The notes beneath the pieces were generated by a model. The model searched no databases and was not told the DNA's origin. It saw nothing but the letters and a program-made list of their open reading frames with translations. The position numbers were made by a program, and so were the translations under genes. A stretch of DNA of 63,990 nucleotides, filler included, from Craspedostauros australis (taxonomy: Eukaryota): assembly GCA_030167865.1 (NCBI GenBank). It is 19 parts of 19 records of this genome, joined end to end, with 100 filler letters (N's around TTAATTAATTAA, not from the genome) between each part and the next. Parts side by side here need not be neighbours in the genome. Positions count along the whole stretch, not along the records: positions 1 to 20,663 come from JALAGF010000124.1; positions 20,764 to 30,912 come from JALAGF010000126.1; 17 more parts are not named here. One strand, given 5' to 3'. Each line of letters starts with the position of its first letter. Positions within the stretch are counted from its first letter, which is position 1. Positions 12,108-24,305 of this stretch are shown here, one piece after another.

Positions 12108-13607
12108 TCACACGTCCAACCCGCAGCATCGACGCCACTGCCCCACCTGTATCTTGATGGCCTCAATCATCCGGAATGCCGGAGCGCAAACGGGGGGATT
12201 GCGCGCGGCCTGCTGTCCTTCTCGTGTGTCCATCTCCTTGGTCTCGGCGACCATGTCCGTCCCAAGGTAGATGTAGGAGTGGTTCACACCGGAGAGGCCC
12301 GCCAAGCTGCCGTAGTACTCTTCACGGCCGTAACCGTACGGAAAGATCTCGATGACGGAGCTGCACTGCTGCATGAATGGAATGGACGTCAGCTGCGCGC
12401 CGTGCGGCGTCAGGAGGATGTCGATGTTGTTGAATACCTCCACCTGCTGCTCGAATGACATATCTTCGAGGAAGACCACGGGTGGTCGGTACGGCAACTC
12501 CAGTTCTGTCTGCACCATGCTGGAGACATTGTGCATGCCAAGCAACTGCCTCGTCCTATTGCGATTGATAATGACAATGCGGGGCGGACGGACGGGTTTT
12601 TCATTCGAGGCGCCTCTCGCGGCTGGTCCATCCCTGGCCGTCCTTGACGTAGATCGTGTGCCTTGCTCATCGTGCGACTCCGTCATCCCGCAATGCTGAT
12701 CGGCGTAATGGCTCAATTCAAAAAAGTCCAAGATCTTCCGCCTCAGACTTGGCATATCATCTGGATGCGCTGCTCGGAAGCCTTCCGCTCGAGGTGAGTG
12801 TGCCATCAAGAGCGAGTTGTGACCATGATGGGCTGAGTATCGCTGCTGGAAGATTTGCATCCGCAAGTTAAGAATCCGGATGCCGTTGGCTCGCATGACA
12901 TCGGACATGCCCCTGCTGAACGCCGAGCCATTGAGAAAGTATCTGTAACGCCGTTTCCGGATGAGGAAAACGTGCTTGGCGTCTGGAAAGTGCTGCCACA
13001 AGGACCAGCATGGGAGAATGTGCTGCATCTGGTGCGGAAAATGCGTGGCGAACTGAAGGTTGGTGAAGCTGCATGCGACCATCTTGATGGAATTTGGGTG
13101 TTGGTTGGCAGATGCGCTGTGGTCTGTTGTTGTACCAGTATTGTTGGATATGTTGGATGTAGTAAAATGGATCGATGTGGTGGCAGATGCACTGGCAGAT
13201 GCAGAAGCCTGATTCCATGCTTGTGTGAGATTTCCATGAACGCCTTGAACGACATCATCCAAATCGTAAGATCTCGCATAGTCGTTGATGTGGAATATAT
13301 GGGGAATGCTGTCATCCAGAATACTACATTCGCTGGGCCCAAAGGGATCGGTCGGCCATTGCAGCATGAAGGGTGGAAATGCAGTGATGTTGCTATTCCA
13401 CTGATGCGAACGATCCACAAGTAATTGAGTTGGACTATTGAAGACATCGTCGAAGGTATCGTTGAGGTGTTGGGAATACTCCAGCACCCGCAGAGACAGG
13501 CTCCAATTCGCCAGCGTGAAAATAATGACGGAGGCAACAACCGCCAGGCGATGTGGGCTCATCATTATTCCACGGTTGGTGGAGCGCTTCGTGTTGCTGG
13601 GTGGCAT
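12108..13607 (-). CDS. GT61-family (DUF563-like) glycosyltransferase, copy 1
   Basis: N-terminal TM (LAVVASVIIFTLANWSLSL) and HFPH.MQ...PCWS. PRI.IINR..TR, LEDMSFEQQVEVF...DILLTPHGAQLT...FM..CSSVIEIFP is the GT61 C-terminal signature. Start at ATG 13607 is inferred. Confidence 0.85.
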   Translation of the reverse strand: MPPSNTKRSTNRGIMMSPHRLAVVASVIIFTLANWSLSLRVLEYSQHLNDTFDDVFNSPTQLLVDRSHQWNSNITAFPPFMLQWPTDPFGPSECSILDDSIPHIFHINDYARSYDLDDVVQGVHGNLTQAWNQASASASASATTSIHFTTSNISNNTGTTTDHSASANQHPNSIKMVACSFTNLQFATHFPHQMQHILPCWSLWQHFPDAKHVFLIRKRRYRYFLNGSAFSRGMSDVMRANGIRILNLRMQIFQQRYSAHHGHNSLLMAHSPRAEGFRAAHPDDMPSLRRKILDFFELSHYADQHCGMTESHDEQGTRSTSRTARDGPAARGASNEKPVRPPRIVIINRNRTRQLLGMHNVSSMVQTELELPYRPPVVFLEDMSFEQQVEVFNNIDILLTPHGAQLTSIPFMQQCSSVIEIFPYGYGREEYYGSLAGLSGVNHSYIYLGTDMVAETKEMDTREGQQAARNPPVCAPAFRMIEAIKIQVGQWRRCCGLDV

Positions 13608-14650
13608 GGCGTCGGCGATGTGGACGATGCGGACACCGCTGGGCTGTCGATGGAAGGAACGCAGATGATGAATCAATGATTGCACGTCGGCTCCTTCGAA
13701 GAGACATGTAGAGCGCCGAAGTCCGACGTTGTGAGCACACGCGTCACACCTAGCTCTTGGGGACCATCGACACACTTGTCGTTGCTGTCTTTGGATGCTG
13801 TTGGAGTGAATACAAATGCCAAGCAGACGCGTTTTGTGCTGTGTGGATAATATGGTATTCTACAATACTATTGCATGTTCTGGAAGCCTTGCTATCGCAA
13901 GCGGAACGCAATCTTTGAGACGATTGTTCTTGGTCTTGTTGTTCCTGTGATGTTCAAAATGTGCTGTTATTGCGTGTGTTGCTTGGTGTCCCTCTCCATC
14001 TCCACATCACGTTTGGTCTTGTCCGGTCAACGAAATCTGCGCGATTTTTTTGTTGGCATTTGCGGTTCTGGAGCCTCGACAAATTGGACTCAAACGTCTG
14101 CCACAGGTCGGTTGGTGGGAATTTTGTTGCGGCGCTCTCGCGCACATCAAAAACAGATGGGCGGGCCGTTGGGTCAACACGGGAAGCCAACAACGCGAAA
14201 TCGACTGAGGCGCGAATCAGCGGAAGAATTGACGCAGATCAGCAAGCGGCTCGCCCGTTCTCGTCGCAACGCTCGCGCCAAATCTTGTGCTTGTGCCGCA
14301 GTTGCATCGGTATTACCACGTACAGCAACAGGCAACCCAGGTATCATACCAGCATACGATACCAATACTCTCCCTCTCTCAGGAGAGAACGATCGAAGTA
14401 ACAAGAGAGAGAGAGAGAGAGAGAGAGAGTAACAATACTCTGCTCCACTCAACCTCCTCTCCTCCCGCATACGAACACGAATACGAACCAGAGGACGACC
14501 AGCTCTGCTCGCAACCTTCATCTTGACAGCATTGCATTCACCGTTGCATTCACCGTTGCATTCACCATTTTCCAATGCGCTGATTATCAACTGTCAAAGA
14601 CCAGCAACAACGGCAATATCGGCAGCAGCAGCGACAGCAAGAACACAACC

Positions 14651-16087
14651 ATGACGGTATCATTACGAAACATGATGTCTCAAACCAAGCTTCGCGACAT
14701 CCAGCACGCAAAATACAAGCGTTGGCTTGCAGCTTTCTTCATCGTCATTTTCTCGGCTATCAATTGGGTCTTCTCCCTCAACGTGTTGGGATCTTTCCAA
14801 CACGTCATGGATGAGCTGGAAAATGCTCTCAATAAACCAGCGGAGGTACCCGTCGGTCGCCGGTACGGATGGACTCACAACATCACAGACTTTCCCGTCT
14901 TCATGCTGCAGTGGCCAACGGATCCTTTCAAACCCCATCAGTGCAACTTCATGAACAGGTCAATACCACACACCTTTACCATCAGTGCATATCCAAAATC
15001 CTATGATTTACAGACTGTCTTCGGCGCTCCTCACAACAATCTGGATGAAGCGTGGGATCAAGTTGGCGCCAACACAAACAAAGGAGAACAGGCGAACATA
15101 TCGGGTGATGGCCAGCCCACCGTCCACCAAATCAAGGAGGCTCTGTGCACGATAGCTGAGACGTCATGGATCCGTCACTTCCCGCATCTGATGCAAAACC
15201 TCATGCCATGCTGGTCATTGTGGCAGCACTTCCAAGATGCCAAGCATGTACTTGTTGTTGGGAAATTCTTCCAAGACAAGTATTTCCATACAACCGAATT
15301 CCAAGACGGGCTGTACAGCATATTGAAGGCAAGCAAGGTCACCATCTCGTATCAATTTGTCGAGAACTACATGGACAACAACAAATTGACGCCTGCCGAC
15401 GTCGTGGTCGCGCATGCAAACATGACCCTGAGGAGTGGGTACCGAGCCGCTCACACAGACGACATGCCTCAGTTGAGGCAAGCTACCCTGACCATGCTGG
15501 GGATGGATCACTACATCGATCAATCCTGCGGAGTCACATTCCTCACAGAACCATCTACCAGCGATGATGCAAATTCAGGAGACAATGCTACTGACAATCC
15601 ACGTCGCCCGCCACGCATCGCCATCGCCAATCGCAAGATCGGGAGGCGATTCCATGGAGCACACGACGTCGCTGCCTTTCTGGAGGATCAATTTGACCTC
15701 CCGTACAAACCACCTGTTTTCCTCATGGAGGACATGTCATTCGAGCACCAAGTGGAGTTGTTCGCCAACATCGACATCCTGCTGACACCTCACAGTGAGT
15801 ATCTGGCGTCCCTCCCATTCATGCCTCGTTGCGGTTCGGTGATTGAGCTGTTTCCATATGGCTATAACTGGAACCAATTCTTCGGATCATTGGCTGGAAT
15901 TAGCGGTCTGAACCATTCCTTCATCTATCTTGGAGAAGATTGGGACGTGGATTCTCAATTCCTCCAAACGAGGGAACAGAAAGAATCCGTGCGCATGTCG
16001 GAAGTGTGTGCGCCAGCGCATCGCGTGATAGAGGCAGTGAAGATCCAGGTCCATCAATGGCATCGATGCTGTGGATTCATTCCATAA
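14651..16087 (+). CDS. GT61-family glycosyltransferase, copy 2 (variant motif PHSEYL)
   Basis: Collinear paralog of 12108-13607 (FP.FMLQWPTDPF, HFPH.MQ, RPPRI, EDMSFE.QVE.F..IDILLTPH, VCAPA.R.IEA.KIQV.QW.RCCG). Confidence 0.85.
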   Translation: MTVSLRNMMSQTKLRDIQHAKYKRWLAAFFIVIFSAINWVFSLNVLGSFQHVMDELENALNKPAEVPVGRRYGWTHNITDFPVFMLQWPTDPFKPHQCNFMNRSIPHTFTISAYPKSYDLQTVFGAPHNNLDEAWDQVGANTNKGEQANISGDGQPTVHQIKEALCTIAETSWIRHFPHLMQNLMPCWSLWQHFQDAKHVLVVGKFFQDKYFHTTEFQDGLYSILKASKVTISYQFVENYMDNNKLTPADVVVAHANMTLRSGYRAAHTDDMPQLRQATLTMLGMDHYIDQSCGVTFLTEPSTSDDANSGDNATDNPRRPPRIAIANRKIGRRFHGAHDVAAFLEDQFDLPYKPPVFLMEDMSFEHQVELFANIDILLTPHSEYLASLPFMPRCGSVIELFPYGYNWNQFFGSLAGISGLNHSFIYLGEDWDVDSQFLQTREQKESVRMSEVCAPAHRVIEAVKIQVHQWHRCCGFIP

Positions 16088-16754
16088 GCGCCTCACGGTA
16101 TGTGATGCAATTGTTCAAACGTGGGATACAATAGCACTGTACCCTACATACTCTGGAGAGAGAGAGAGAGAGAGAATATTCTGCTCGTAGAGTCCGAGGG
16201 TATACCACGGATAACTGCCCGCTGTTGTCTTCATCGTCAGCACAACGAGTATGGACAGAGGACGAAGGGCTCCCCCGCCTGCGACCACACAGCACTGTCG
16301 TCTCGATCCAGCGAGTGTGCTCTCTCCGGATGGAGTGCCTGCGTTGGTTGTTATTCCACTACTTCGTTGGAGGATTCGATGTGAAGATGTGTGCCTACAG
16401 AGTGAGATACGAGCCGCAGCAGGTCGTAACTTCTCTGGGATCATCACGGCTTGAGAGGATCACAGGATCAATCCGTGACTGGAATGCAGTCAAGCGAGTC
16501 GATTTTCAGATTTTTTGCGCGATGATGACTTTCGACAAAAACCCAAGGAGAGACCAGAAATCGAGCACACACAGAGCATGTGCCAACGCGAGCTGGTCGT
16601 AACTTGAAAAAGAAAATGAACCTCCTGCTGTCCGATGGGCAGAGAGCCCCCGGAGGTTCACCAGGATCTTATGCTTGAAGCATGGCTCGACAAGATACGA
16701 GTACAAACTTTAGTTGTTGTTGCCTTATGCTGCCCTGTTCTACTCTGCCTTGCT

Positions 16755-17722
16755 CTAATCTGCCTTCTGGTCGTCGTAGGTGACATCGGCGTAGATGACA
16801 TCAAAGTTTTGGTTGACGTACCAGTTCGAGGCTTTCAATTTGCCAGCGTATGCATACCTAGCGCGGTCCAGGATGGTCTTAATGCCCTCATCCTTGCGCG
16901 GGTTGGATCCATCTGCCTCCACCAAAATGACGCCGACTTGGTTCTCGTCGAAGTTGAGCGATTGCAGCGCACGCAGTTCGACACCTTCCACATCCAAAGA
17001 GAAGAAGTCGAAATGAAACTTTCTGCCCACAGCATCGTGCAGAAGCGTATCCAATCGACGGCACTTAACGATCAGTGCGTTGTCGATGAGCTCCTTATCC
17101 CACGTCACCTTGAAGACTTCGCTGGCGAATTCAAGGAATCCAGCAACAGCGGGATGCTTATTCACCTGCACCCAATGCAGGTCGCGTTCTTCCAGACAAA
17201 CGCCTGCGTGGATCCTTGGCGATGTCTCTGGGACGGTTCTTCACCAGCTTTTCGTAGCTGTTGGGATCTGCCTCGATGAGGACGCCCTTCCAATCCAGCC
17301 CTTTGTTGAAGACGTTCGAATTGCTGTGCGTAACACCATCGAGGGCGCCCATCTTGATGTAGCTGCCACCACAGAGGTTTCTGAAATACCCCTTCCATGA
17401 GGGACTTGTCCTCCTGAAATTGCGACTGGAACAATGTTGCTGGCAGTCTTCGAGAACACAAGGTCGCCTGCGTTTTGAGTGGTGGTGGCTTGGTGAGCGC
17501 AATGTCTGTACTTGTGCGCAGCGATTGCGAAGACATGACAGCCGCGGTGTTTGCGGTGATGATACTGTTAACATCTTCGATGGAATTTGTGCAAGCGGCA
17601 GAGTTGATCTGAGTCACCAGTACGACAGAGACCAAGGCGACAGCGAGGAGCGTATAGTACGTAGCCCACTTTTGCGACTGCCATGCGGTTTGTGACTTTG
17701 GTGGGAGTCGAAACGTCGCCAG
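16755..17722 (-). pseudogene. Disrupted FkbM methyltransferase, paralog of 10822-11766
   Basis: Homology to the intact FkbM gene is split over three frames (17162..17911, 17158..17574, 16755..17171). Frameshifts lie near 17390 and 17217. The codon matching the paralog's ATG is CTG (17722). Confidence 0.8.
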
Positions 17723-18534
17723 GATGGATCGTGTGTTTTGGCTGTTTCGAGGTGCTTCGAGACGTTTCGAGATGTTTTGGGATACTTGGACAGAGAAGAA
17801 GTACAAGTACGGGTGCAGATATCGAATGGAAATGACTGGCATTGATGCATGGGGCTCACCTGCGCGCATGCCAACATCCCTTTCTGACAGATCTAACACT
17901 TCAAACTCCATAAACGTACCCTTTGGAGCATGTCTGAAGCGGTGATAGTGTTGGATTGGATGGCGATCGACATATTATATACACAAATGGTCGAGTTACT
18001 GTACAGTTTTATGCGTACCCCACAGCATCACATGACATCCTGATCTGTAGATTTGAATCCTTCCCACATGGATCTATCACTTCAAACTCAACATCCGTAC
18101 ACTTTGGAGGAGGTTCGGAGTCATCGAAATGTTGGATTGCAGTATGATTGACATTTTTGTCTGCACGCATGCTCAGAACGCTGTACAGCACGATGCCTAC
18201 CATTCAATACTGCTTGATATCAGCATCCGTAGAATTGGATACCTTCTAAACGGATCTAGGACTTCAAACTCGAAGACCGTACTCTTTGGAGTGCGCTTGG
18301 AGTGGTGCGGTTGGTATCGTCAAATATGATTGACCTTTTATATGCACAGTACACACAGTGACCGAACGGTATTGCAGGAATGGACTACATGTAATCTGAA
18401 ACTCCTCGCAGTTGGGAATGGACCATCCCAAGGTGGGTACATGCCCATGGCTGATGTCAGTATGCAACATAGTTGGTTTAACCCTCTACTCGTATTCCAC
18501 AGAACAGAATTCATCAACAACATCATCGACTTGT

Positions 18535-18654
18535 CTCGTCTCGTCTACTCTACTCTACTCTGATCTGCTCTGCTCTGCTCTGCTCTGCTCTGCTCTGCTC
18601 TGCTCTGCTCTGCTCTGCTCTGCTCTACTCTACTCTACTCTGCTCTACTCTACT
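18535..18654 (+). repeat. Pentanucleotide microsatellite (CTCTG/CTCTA)n
   Basis: Direct tandem repeat visible in the sequence. Confidence 0.9.
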
Positions 18655-19329
18655 GGGAAACGGTTGGCGTGTGTATTTCGCGGCTAAATTAATAGTTTCG
18701 TCGTTGTCGCGAGGACGCGCCTGTCAACAGTCCGGCCATTGTGATTGGCCAGGCACGAAAACGACCTGGTTAGTGAATTTCCTCGTACTACTATTATTAC
18801 TATACTCTACGGTGATAGTCACATGAACACGTCCATCTTCGCGTGCTCAGCTTTCCGCCAAAAAAAAAACGCGAAAGGACAGAGTCGGACAAAAATACAA
18901 CAGCGCAACCCAGAATTTCTGTACCTGGGGGACTGAAACGTGCGTTGGATGCAAGAAGAAGTTTTGTGGTGTTGTGCCTCTGTTGGCGCTTCACGCACGC
19001 GTTTGAGCGGAACAACCAATGACACATTCGTTTGGGGACATGCCATCACCCTTGCCAAAATCCAAAAAAGGGACTCCCATGGGCGTGCACTCTTCCTGCG
19101 ATGCGATTACAATACAAGTCCACCAACAATCGACAACAACGTCGCAACCCATTGCCCAGAAGCACCGTCAAAACATATCCCATCATCCAACCCGACTCGC
19201 ACAAGTGAGGGAGCGCGCAGTTGGTCAACGCAATCACTTTGCCCGACCAGTCCCAATACGATACATTCCGATACGACATTGATACCACCAGAACGTCGGG
19301 CATCCATACCAACATCAGAGCGAAACGTA

Positions 19330-20663
19330 ATGGTGCCGCTCGTAACTTACAATATCCCATCCGACACCAAGCTCTTCAGGATTCGCGCCATGGATTTCAA
19401 GCGCGCGATGGCTGCTATTCTCGCAATCTCGTTCACAGCGATGAATTGGCGCATGTCCTTCCACGTGACGCAAGATTCCCGATTCTACGATGGGGTATTG
19501 GAAGATGTGATGGATACAAGCCCCCCAAGAGAGCCAACCCCCGATCATTCCCACCGGTGGAACACGAACATCACAGAATTCCCCTCGTTCATGATGGATT
19601 GGCCAACCGATCCTTTTGGACCCGAAGGATGCAGCGTTTTCAACACTTCGCTGCCGCACACCTTCAACGTCACTCGCTATCCAAAATCGTATAACATCAA
19701 GGACGTCTTCATTGTCATTCATGGGAATCTCAAGAGGGCATGGAAACATGCCGGCGCTGCAAATGGCAGTAGGACGGTCCGAACAGTTCATGCTGTTCAC
19801 ACGAACAACACTCGACGGCGGCGTCGGAAAGCCCCTGTCACGGAAGTCAAGACGGCCGCGTGTGGCATTTCTCGCAACTGGTTCCTACATCACTTTCCGC
19901 ATCAGATGCAAAACATATACCCCTGCTGGTCGTTCTGGCGGCACTTTCCAGACGCTGAACATGTCTTCGTTGTTGGAAAGCTCTACTATGACTGGTTCAC
20001 AAGTGGCAGCGCCTTCACGGAGGGCATGGTCAAGGTATTGAATGCGAACAACATCACAATCCAACGAAGAACCGTGAAAAGGTTCAAATACGAATTTAGT
20101 GCTCGCCCAGGCGACCTCCTCTACGTGTACCCGAACACGACCCTCATTGATGGCTATCGGACAGTTTACGAGGACGACCTGGATCATCTGAGACGGCATG
20201 CCTTGCCTGTCTTTGGCTTGGAGCGCTACCTCGAACCGTCCTGCGGAGTACCTCCCTCGCCCAATACGGAGCATACCAACCTGCTCATACCATTGATAGC
20301 CGACGCCAACACAACAGCAAGCGGCGCGGCGAAGGTTCTGAACAACCAGATCCTTCGCCCACCTCGCATCGCCATTTCCAATCGCAACACCACGAGGCGA
20401 ATGTTTGGCGGCCGCAATATTTCCACGCTGCTGCAGGAGGAGCTCCATCTGCCGTATAGACCGCCGGTCTTTTTTCTCGAGCACATGACGTTCGAGCAGC
20501 AGATCGAGGCATTCAACAACGTCGACATATTACTGACGCCGCATGGTGCGCAACTCACGTTGATTCCGTTCATGCATCGTTGCAGCTCGGTGATCGAAGT
20601 ATTCCCACGCGCCTATTCGGAGCAAGTGTTTTTTGGGAGGCTGGCAGCGCTGTCCGGTGTCAA
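19330..20663 (+). CDS. GT61-family glycosyltransferase, copy 3 (3' end cut by scaffold end)
   Basis: TM AMAAILAISFTAMNW, FP.FMMDWPTDPFGP, HFPHQMQ and DILLTPHGAQLT.IPFM.RCSSVIEVFP. The ORF runs into the linker. Confidence 0.85.
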
Positions 20664-20763
20664 NNNNNNNNNNNNNNNNNNNNNNNNNNNNNNNNNNNNN
20701 NNNNNNNTTAATTAATTAANNNNNNNNNNNNNNNNNNNNNNNNNNNNNNNNNNNNNNNNNNNN
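20664..20763. other. Artificial scaffold-joining linker N44-TTAATTAATTAA-N44 (first of 18)
   Basis: Identical 100-nt spacers with stops in all frames also start at 30913, 34255, 37130, 38393, 39988, 42933, 44909, 46442, 47799, 49210, 52262, 54033, 55624, 56894, 58424, 61310 and 62521. Confidence 0.97.
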
Positions 20764-21200
20764 AAGCAAACCAGTGACAACAAGGGGCCAAAACTCCACA
20801 ACTAGTGTTATCGTGAGTGCATCAACTGCGACCTGGAGGTAGTATGATGGGAGTATCGTCAGACAGAAAACAGATCTCCACACCAGACTGCCTCATGTTG
20901 CGTTTGTGCGGCCAATCCTCGTTGTGCATGTTTTGAGTTGTTGTTGTTATAGTCGAAGTGGTCAACAGTTAGGACATGAATATTCTGAATTACCGCAGCT
21001 TCTGGGGATCGTTGTTGGTCCAAAATTCACACCAACAGAAGCGTGTGCGCAACAACTGTGAAAACACACGAGCTCATTGACGATCTTCATCGCATCGCGA
21101 GTCCAACAACCGATACGAATTGATGTCTGTACCATCACTTGGACAGCAAGCCAGAAAAGCACCCTCCATCATTCGCCCTTTCCATCTCTGAACCATCGCA

Positions 21201-22711
21201 ATGAGCGCCGAAGATTCGAAACATGATGCTGGCACCGAGCTGCCCTGGGTCGAAAAGTATCGTCCGTCAAGGTGAGCGCAATCCATGAATCCTTGGTGAT
21301 TGGCGTGTGTGCATTGGCTGTGCTTGGCGATTCCATTGCGGTGTGTTGGCGTTGGCGTTGGCGTTGGCGTTGGCACCCTGCGATGAAAGCTTGGGCGACC
21401 CGGGTTTTGATGTGGCAACAGGCGTGGCAACAGCTGTGGAAGATCACCCAACCATCCTCTCATCTCTCCCTTCCATACACATCGTGCACTTTCGCACACT
21501 TTCAAACTATGTATTCTATACAACACCAGACTCGAGGATCTGGTCGCCCATGAGAACATCATCAACATCATCACCAACCTCATCGACAGCGACAACCTTC
21601 CGCATCTGCTGCTGTATGGACCACCGGGAACGGGAAAGACCTCGACCATCGTCGCCGCGGCCAAGCGGATGTACGGCAGCAAGGCGTACTCGAGCATGAC
21701 GCTGGAACTCAATGCCTCGGATGCTCGTGGAATTGACGTAAGTGCGGGCGTACCAGTACTCTCTCGGGTGACATGATGCGCTCTGCTCTGCAATCACTAC
21801 GAAATCGACAATGAATAGTGCTGCCGCTGGCTACTGCTGTGTGTGTTTGTGAATGTGCGTTCTGCCATCTTCACCAACGTCACTCACTGCCAAATCATGC
21901 ATACCAACCCATGCTCCAAACTCTAAATTCCATTACATATAATACCTCTCAACGCTCCTATCCCATTCTGAAACGCATGCGCTTGCAGGTCGTCCGCAAA
22001 GAAATCAAGGACTTCGCGGGCACCCAGCAGCTCTTCAAGAAGGGAACGAAGCTCATCATCCTCGACGAGGCCGATGCCATGACGAAGGATGCGCAGTTTG
22101 CTTTGCGACGCGTCATCGAGCAGTACACGAAGAATGCACGCTTTTGCTTGATCTGCAATTACGTTTCCAAAATCATCCCCGCCTTGCAATCGAGATGCAC
22201 GCGATTTCGGTTCGCGCCGCTCAACCGGGATCAGATACAGGGCCGGTTGGAAGAGGTCGCCAAGATGGAGAACTGCGACGTCACGGCGGATGGGATCGAC
22301 GCCATCCTGCGTCTGGCTGGTGGCGACATGCGGCGCGTTCTCAACCTACTGCAATCCACCTCCATGTCCACGAAGACCATCAGCGAAGAAAATGTGTACT
22401 TGGTATCTGGAGCACCGTCGCCACTGGACATGGACACGATACTGCACGTTCTGCTAAACCAACCCTTCAAGACGGCCAACAAGACCATTTACGATCTGTG
22501 CACAACGAAGGGATACGCCATCGTCGATGTCATCCAGGAACTGTCCCTGCGAGTGGTGTCATTGAAATTGGACGGCCAGATGCTGGGGCGCTTGCTCGAC
22601 GGGATGAGCGACGTCGAACACCGTCTGGCATTCGGAACTGAGGAACGGATACAAATCGCGTCGCTCGTTGGCGTTTTCGTGCAAGCTAAGGAACTTTCCA
22701 ACAAGCAATAG
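21201..22711 (+). CDS. RFC5: Replication factor C small subunit (human RFC5 / yeast Rfc3 type); exons 21201-21271, 21530-21737, 21989-22711
   Basis: LPWVEKYRP, LPHLLLYGPPGTGKTSTI, LELNASD.RGIDVVR, LIILDEADAMT.DAQ.ALRRVIE.YT.N.RFCLICNY..KIIPALQSRCTRFRF. Two GT-AG introns preserve the frame. Confidence 0.92.
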
Positions 22712-23447
22712 AGTAGAGCCGACGGGGGACAAAACGATGGAACATTAGCGTGTATGTCAAGATCCGTGCCGATGCGAACAATTTGTACTCTGTTGAGTAT
22801 TACCTGTACGCACAGCCAACAACAAGCAACAACATGACGACAAAGCACAATGAAGAACGAGAGTGCAACAACACAAGATTTGAGTACTCTACGATGAGAT
22901 AGATCATCATGTCTCCGGTCTCTTACAGTGGCTGGATGATAAGCATTCGCTGCTTCGGAGGTTGCAGTGCTGCGCTTGCTTCCTGTCAGCATGTCCTTGT
23001 CTTCCCTCAGGAAAATCTGCGGATGTTGGTTGGAGCTGATTGTGTCACGATTGGTTGATGCTCCGCCGCTTCGGCGCGCCGCCTTTCGGGTATCGTCCTT
23101 GTTCTGTCCGCTTGCTTGGAATTGGTCTCTCAGGACTTTCGTTTGGAAGTTTACCCACTCCCACAGTATCGGTATACTCGTACAAACATTGCAGGAAACC
23201 GTTTGACGCGCTGCTCGCCGCATCGCTTCGCCTCGCCTCTGCTGCTTCGATTTCTTCCGCTTCTGTGGGCGAGGATAGCAAACATGATGGCCCGGAATTG
23301 CTCGTGCAGCTTCCCCCCTACATACTTGTGTAATACGTATCCACTCCTGCCTCAATTCGCCGTATTGTACCCTCCCACTGCACGGTGCCAATATCATTGC
23401 TCCCGTGCCAGTGTTTTAACTGGCACGATGAACTCTTGCCATGGATC

Positions 23448-24305
23448 TTAGACTGGCGCACGTCGATCTCCTTGGGTGCTCTTGCCGAAGCTGGAAAAGA
23501 AGTTTTCGATCGCTGGCATTCGGAGGATCTCACCAATGACGGGGATGTTTTCCAACGACTGCGCGACGATCGGGAAGAATTGTCCAAAGAGGTATATCAG
23601 ACCGTACAGCTGGCATATCATGCCAATGACCGGCCATCTGAGCATGACCAAGACGATGCCGCCAAAGAACGACACCATGCCACGCAACCTGTCTGGCTTG
23701 GCGAAGAATCGCATCGTTCTTGACACGCCTGAGAAGAAGGGAAATAAGATGGAGTCGTCGTTGCGTCAACGCGGTGGAATGTACGTGCGAGCAAAGAAAA
23801 GTGAGCAAGTTGAAGGGACACGCCACATCGCAATACCCTACACATCAGCAATCATCGACGCGGCAAGCCATTCGCCTATCGGAGCGACTTACCGATGGTC
23901 AGTGTCAATCCAGTCAGAAACAGGACGTCTCCGAGCGCGAGCAAAGTCGAATCAAACAAGAAGAGCACCCCCAAGAAGAGGAAGCCGCATCCCTACGATC
24001 GCAGCACAAAGCAACGACATGTGACGTAGAGCATTGCAATGCAAGAAAACAAGAAGAAGGATCAGTGGATGTAAAGCATATGATCGGAAATGGCGTGGCA
24101 CGGCATAGTCGATTGTGAACGCAATCAAACAGATCCACAGCACAGAATCCAACAGAAAGCAGCGCAGAGCAACACGAACCAAACAACAGAACATGACTGG
24201 GACTTTACGGCACGAATTCCAACAGCATCCGAGGGACAGTTGCACAACACAGGCACGCACCAATGCGAGCAACCCCGTTCCAATCTTTGTATTGTCGCCA
24301 ACCAT
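23448..24305 (-). CDS. GOT1: Golgi vesicle transport protein GOT1; exons 24305-24261, 23992-23893, 23728-23448
   Basis: The spliced product reads [57 protein letters not shown]...FFGGIVLV...WPVIGM....YG...LFG.FFP......L..IPVIG, matching the Got1 family. Confidence 0.9.
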
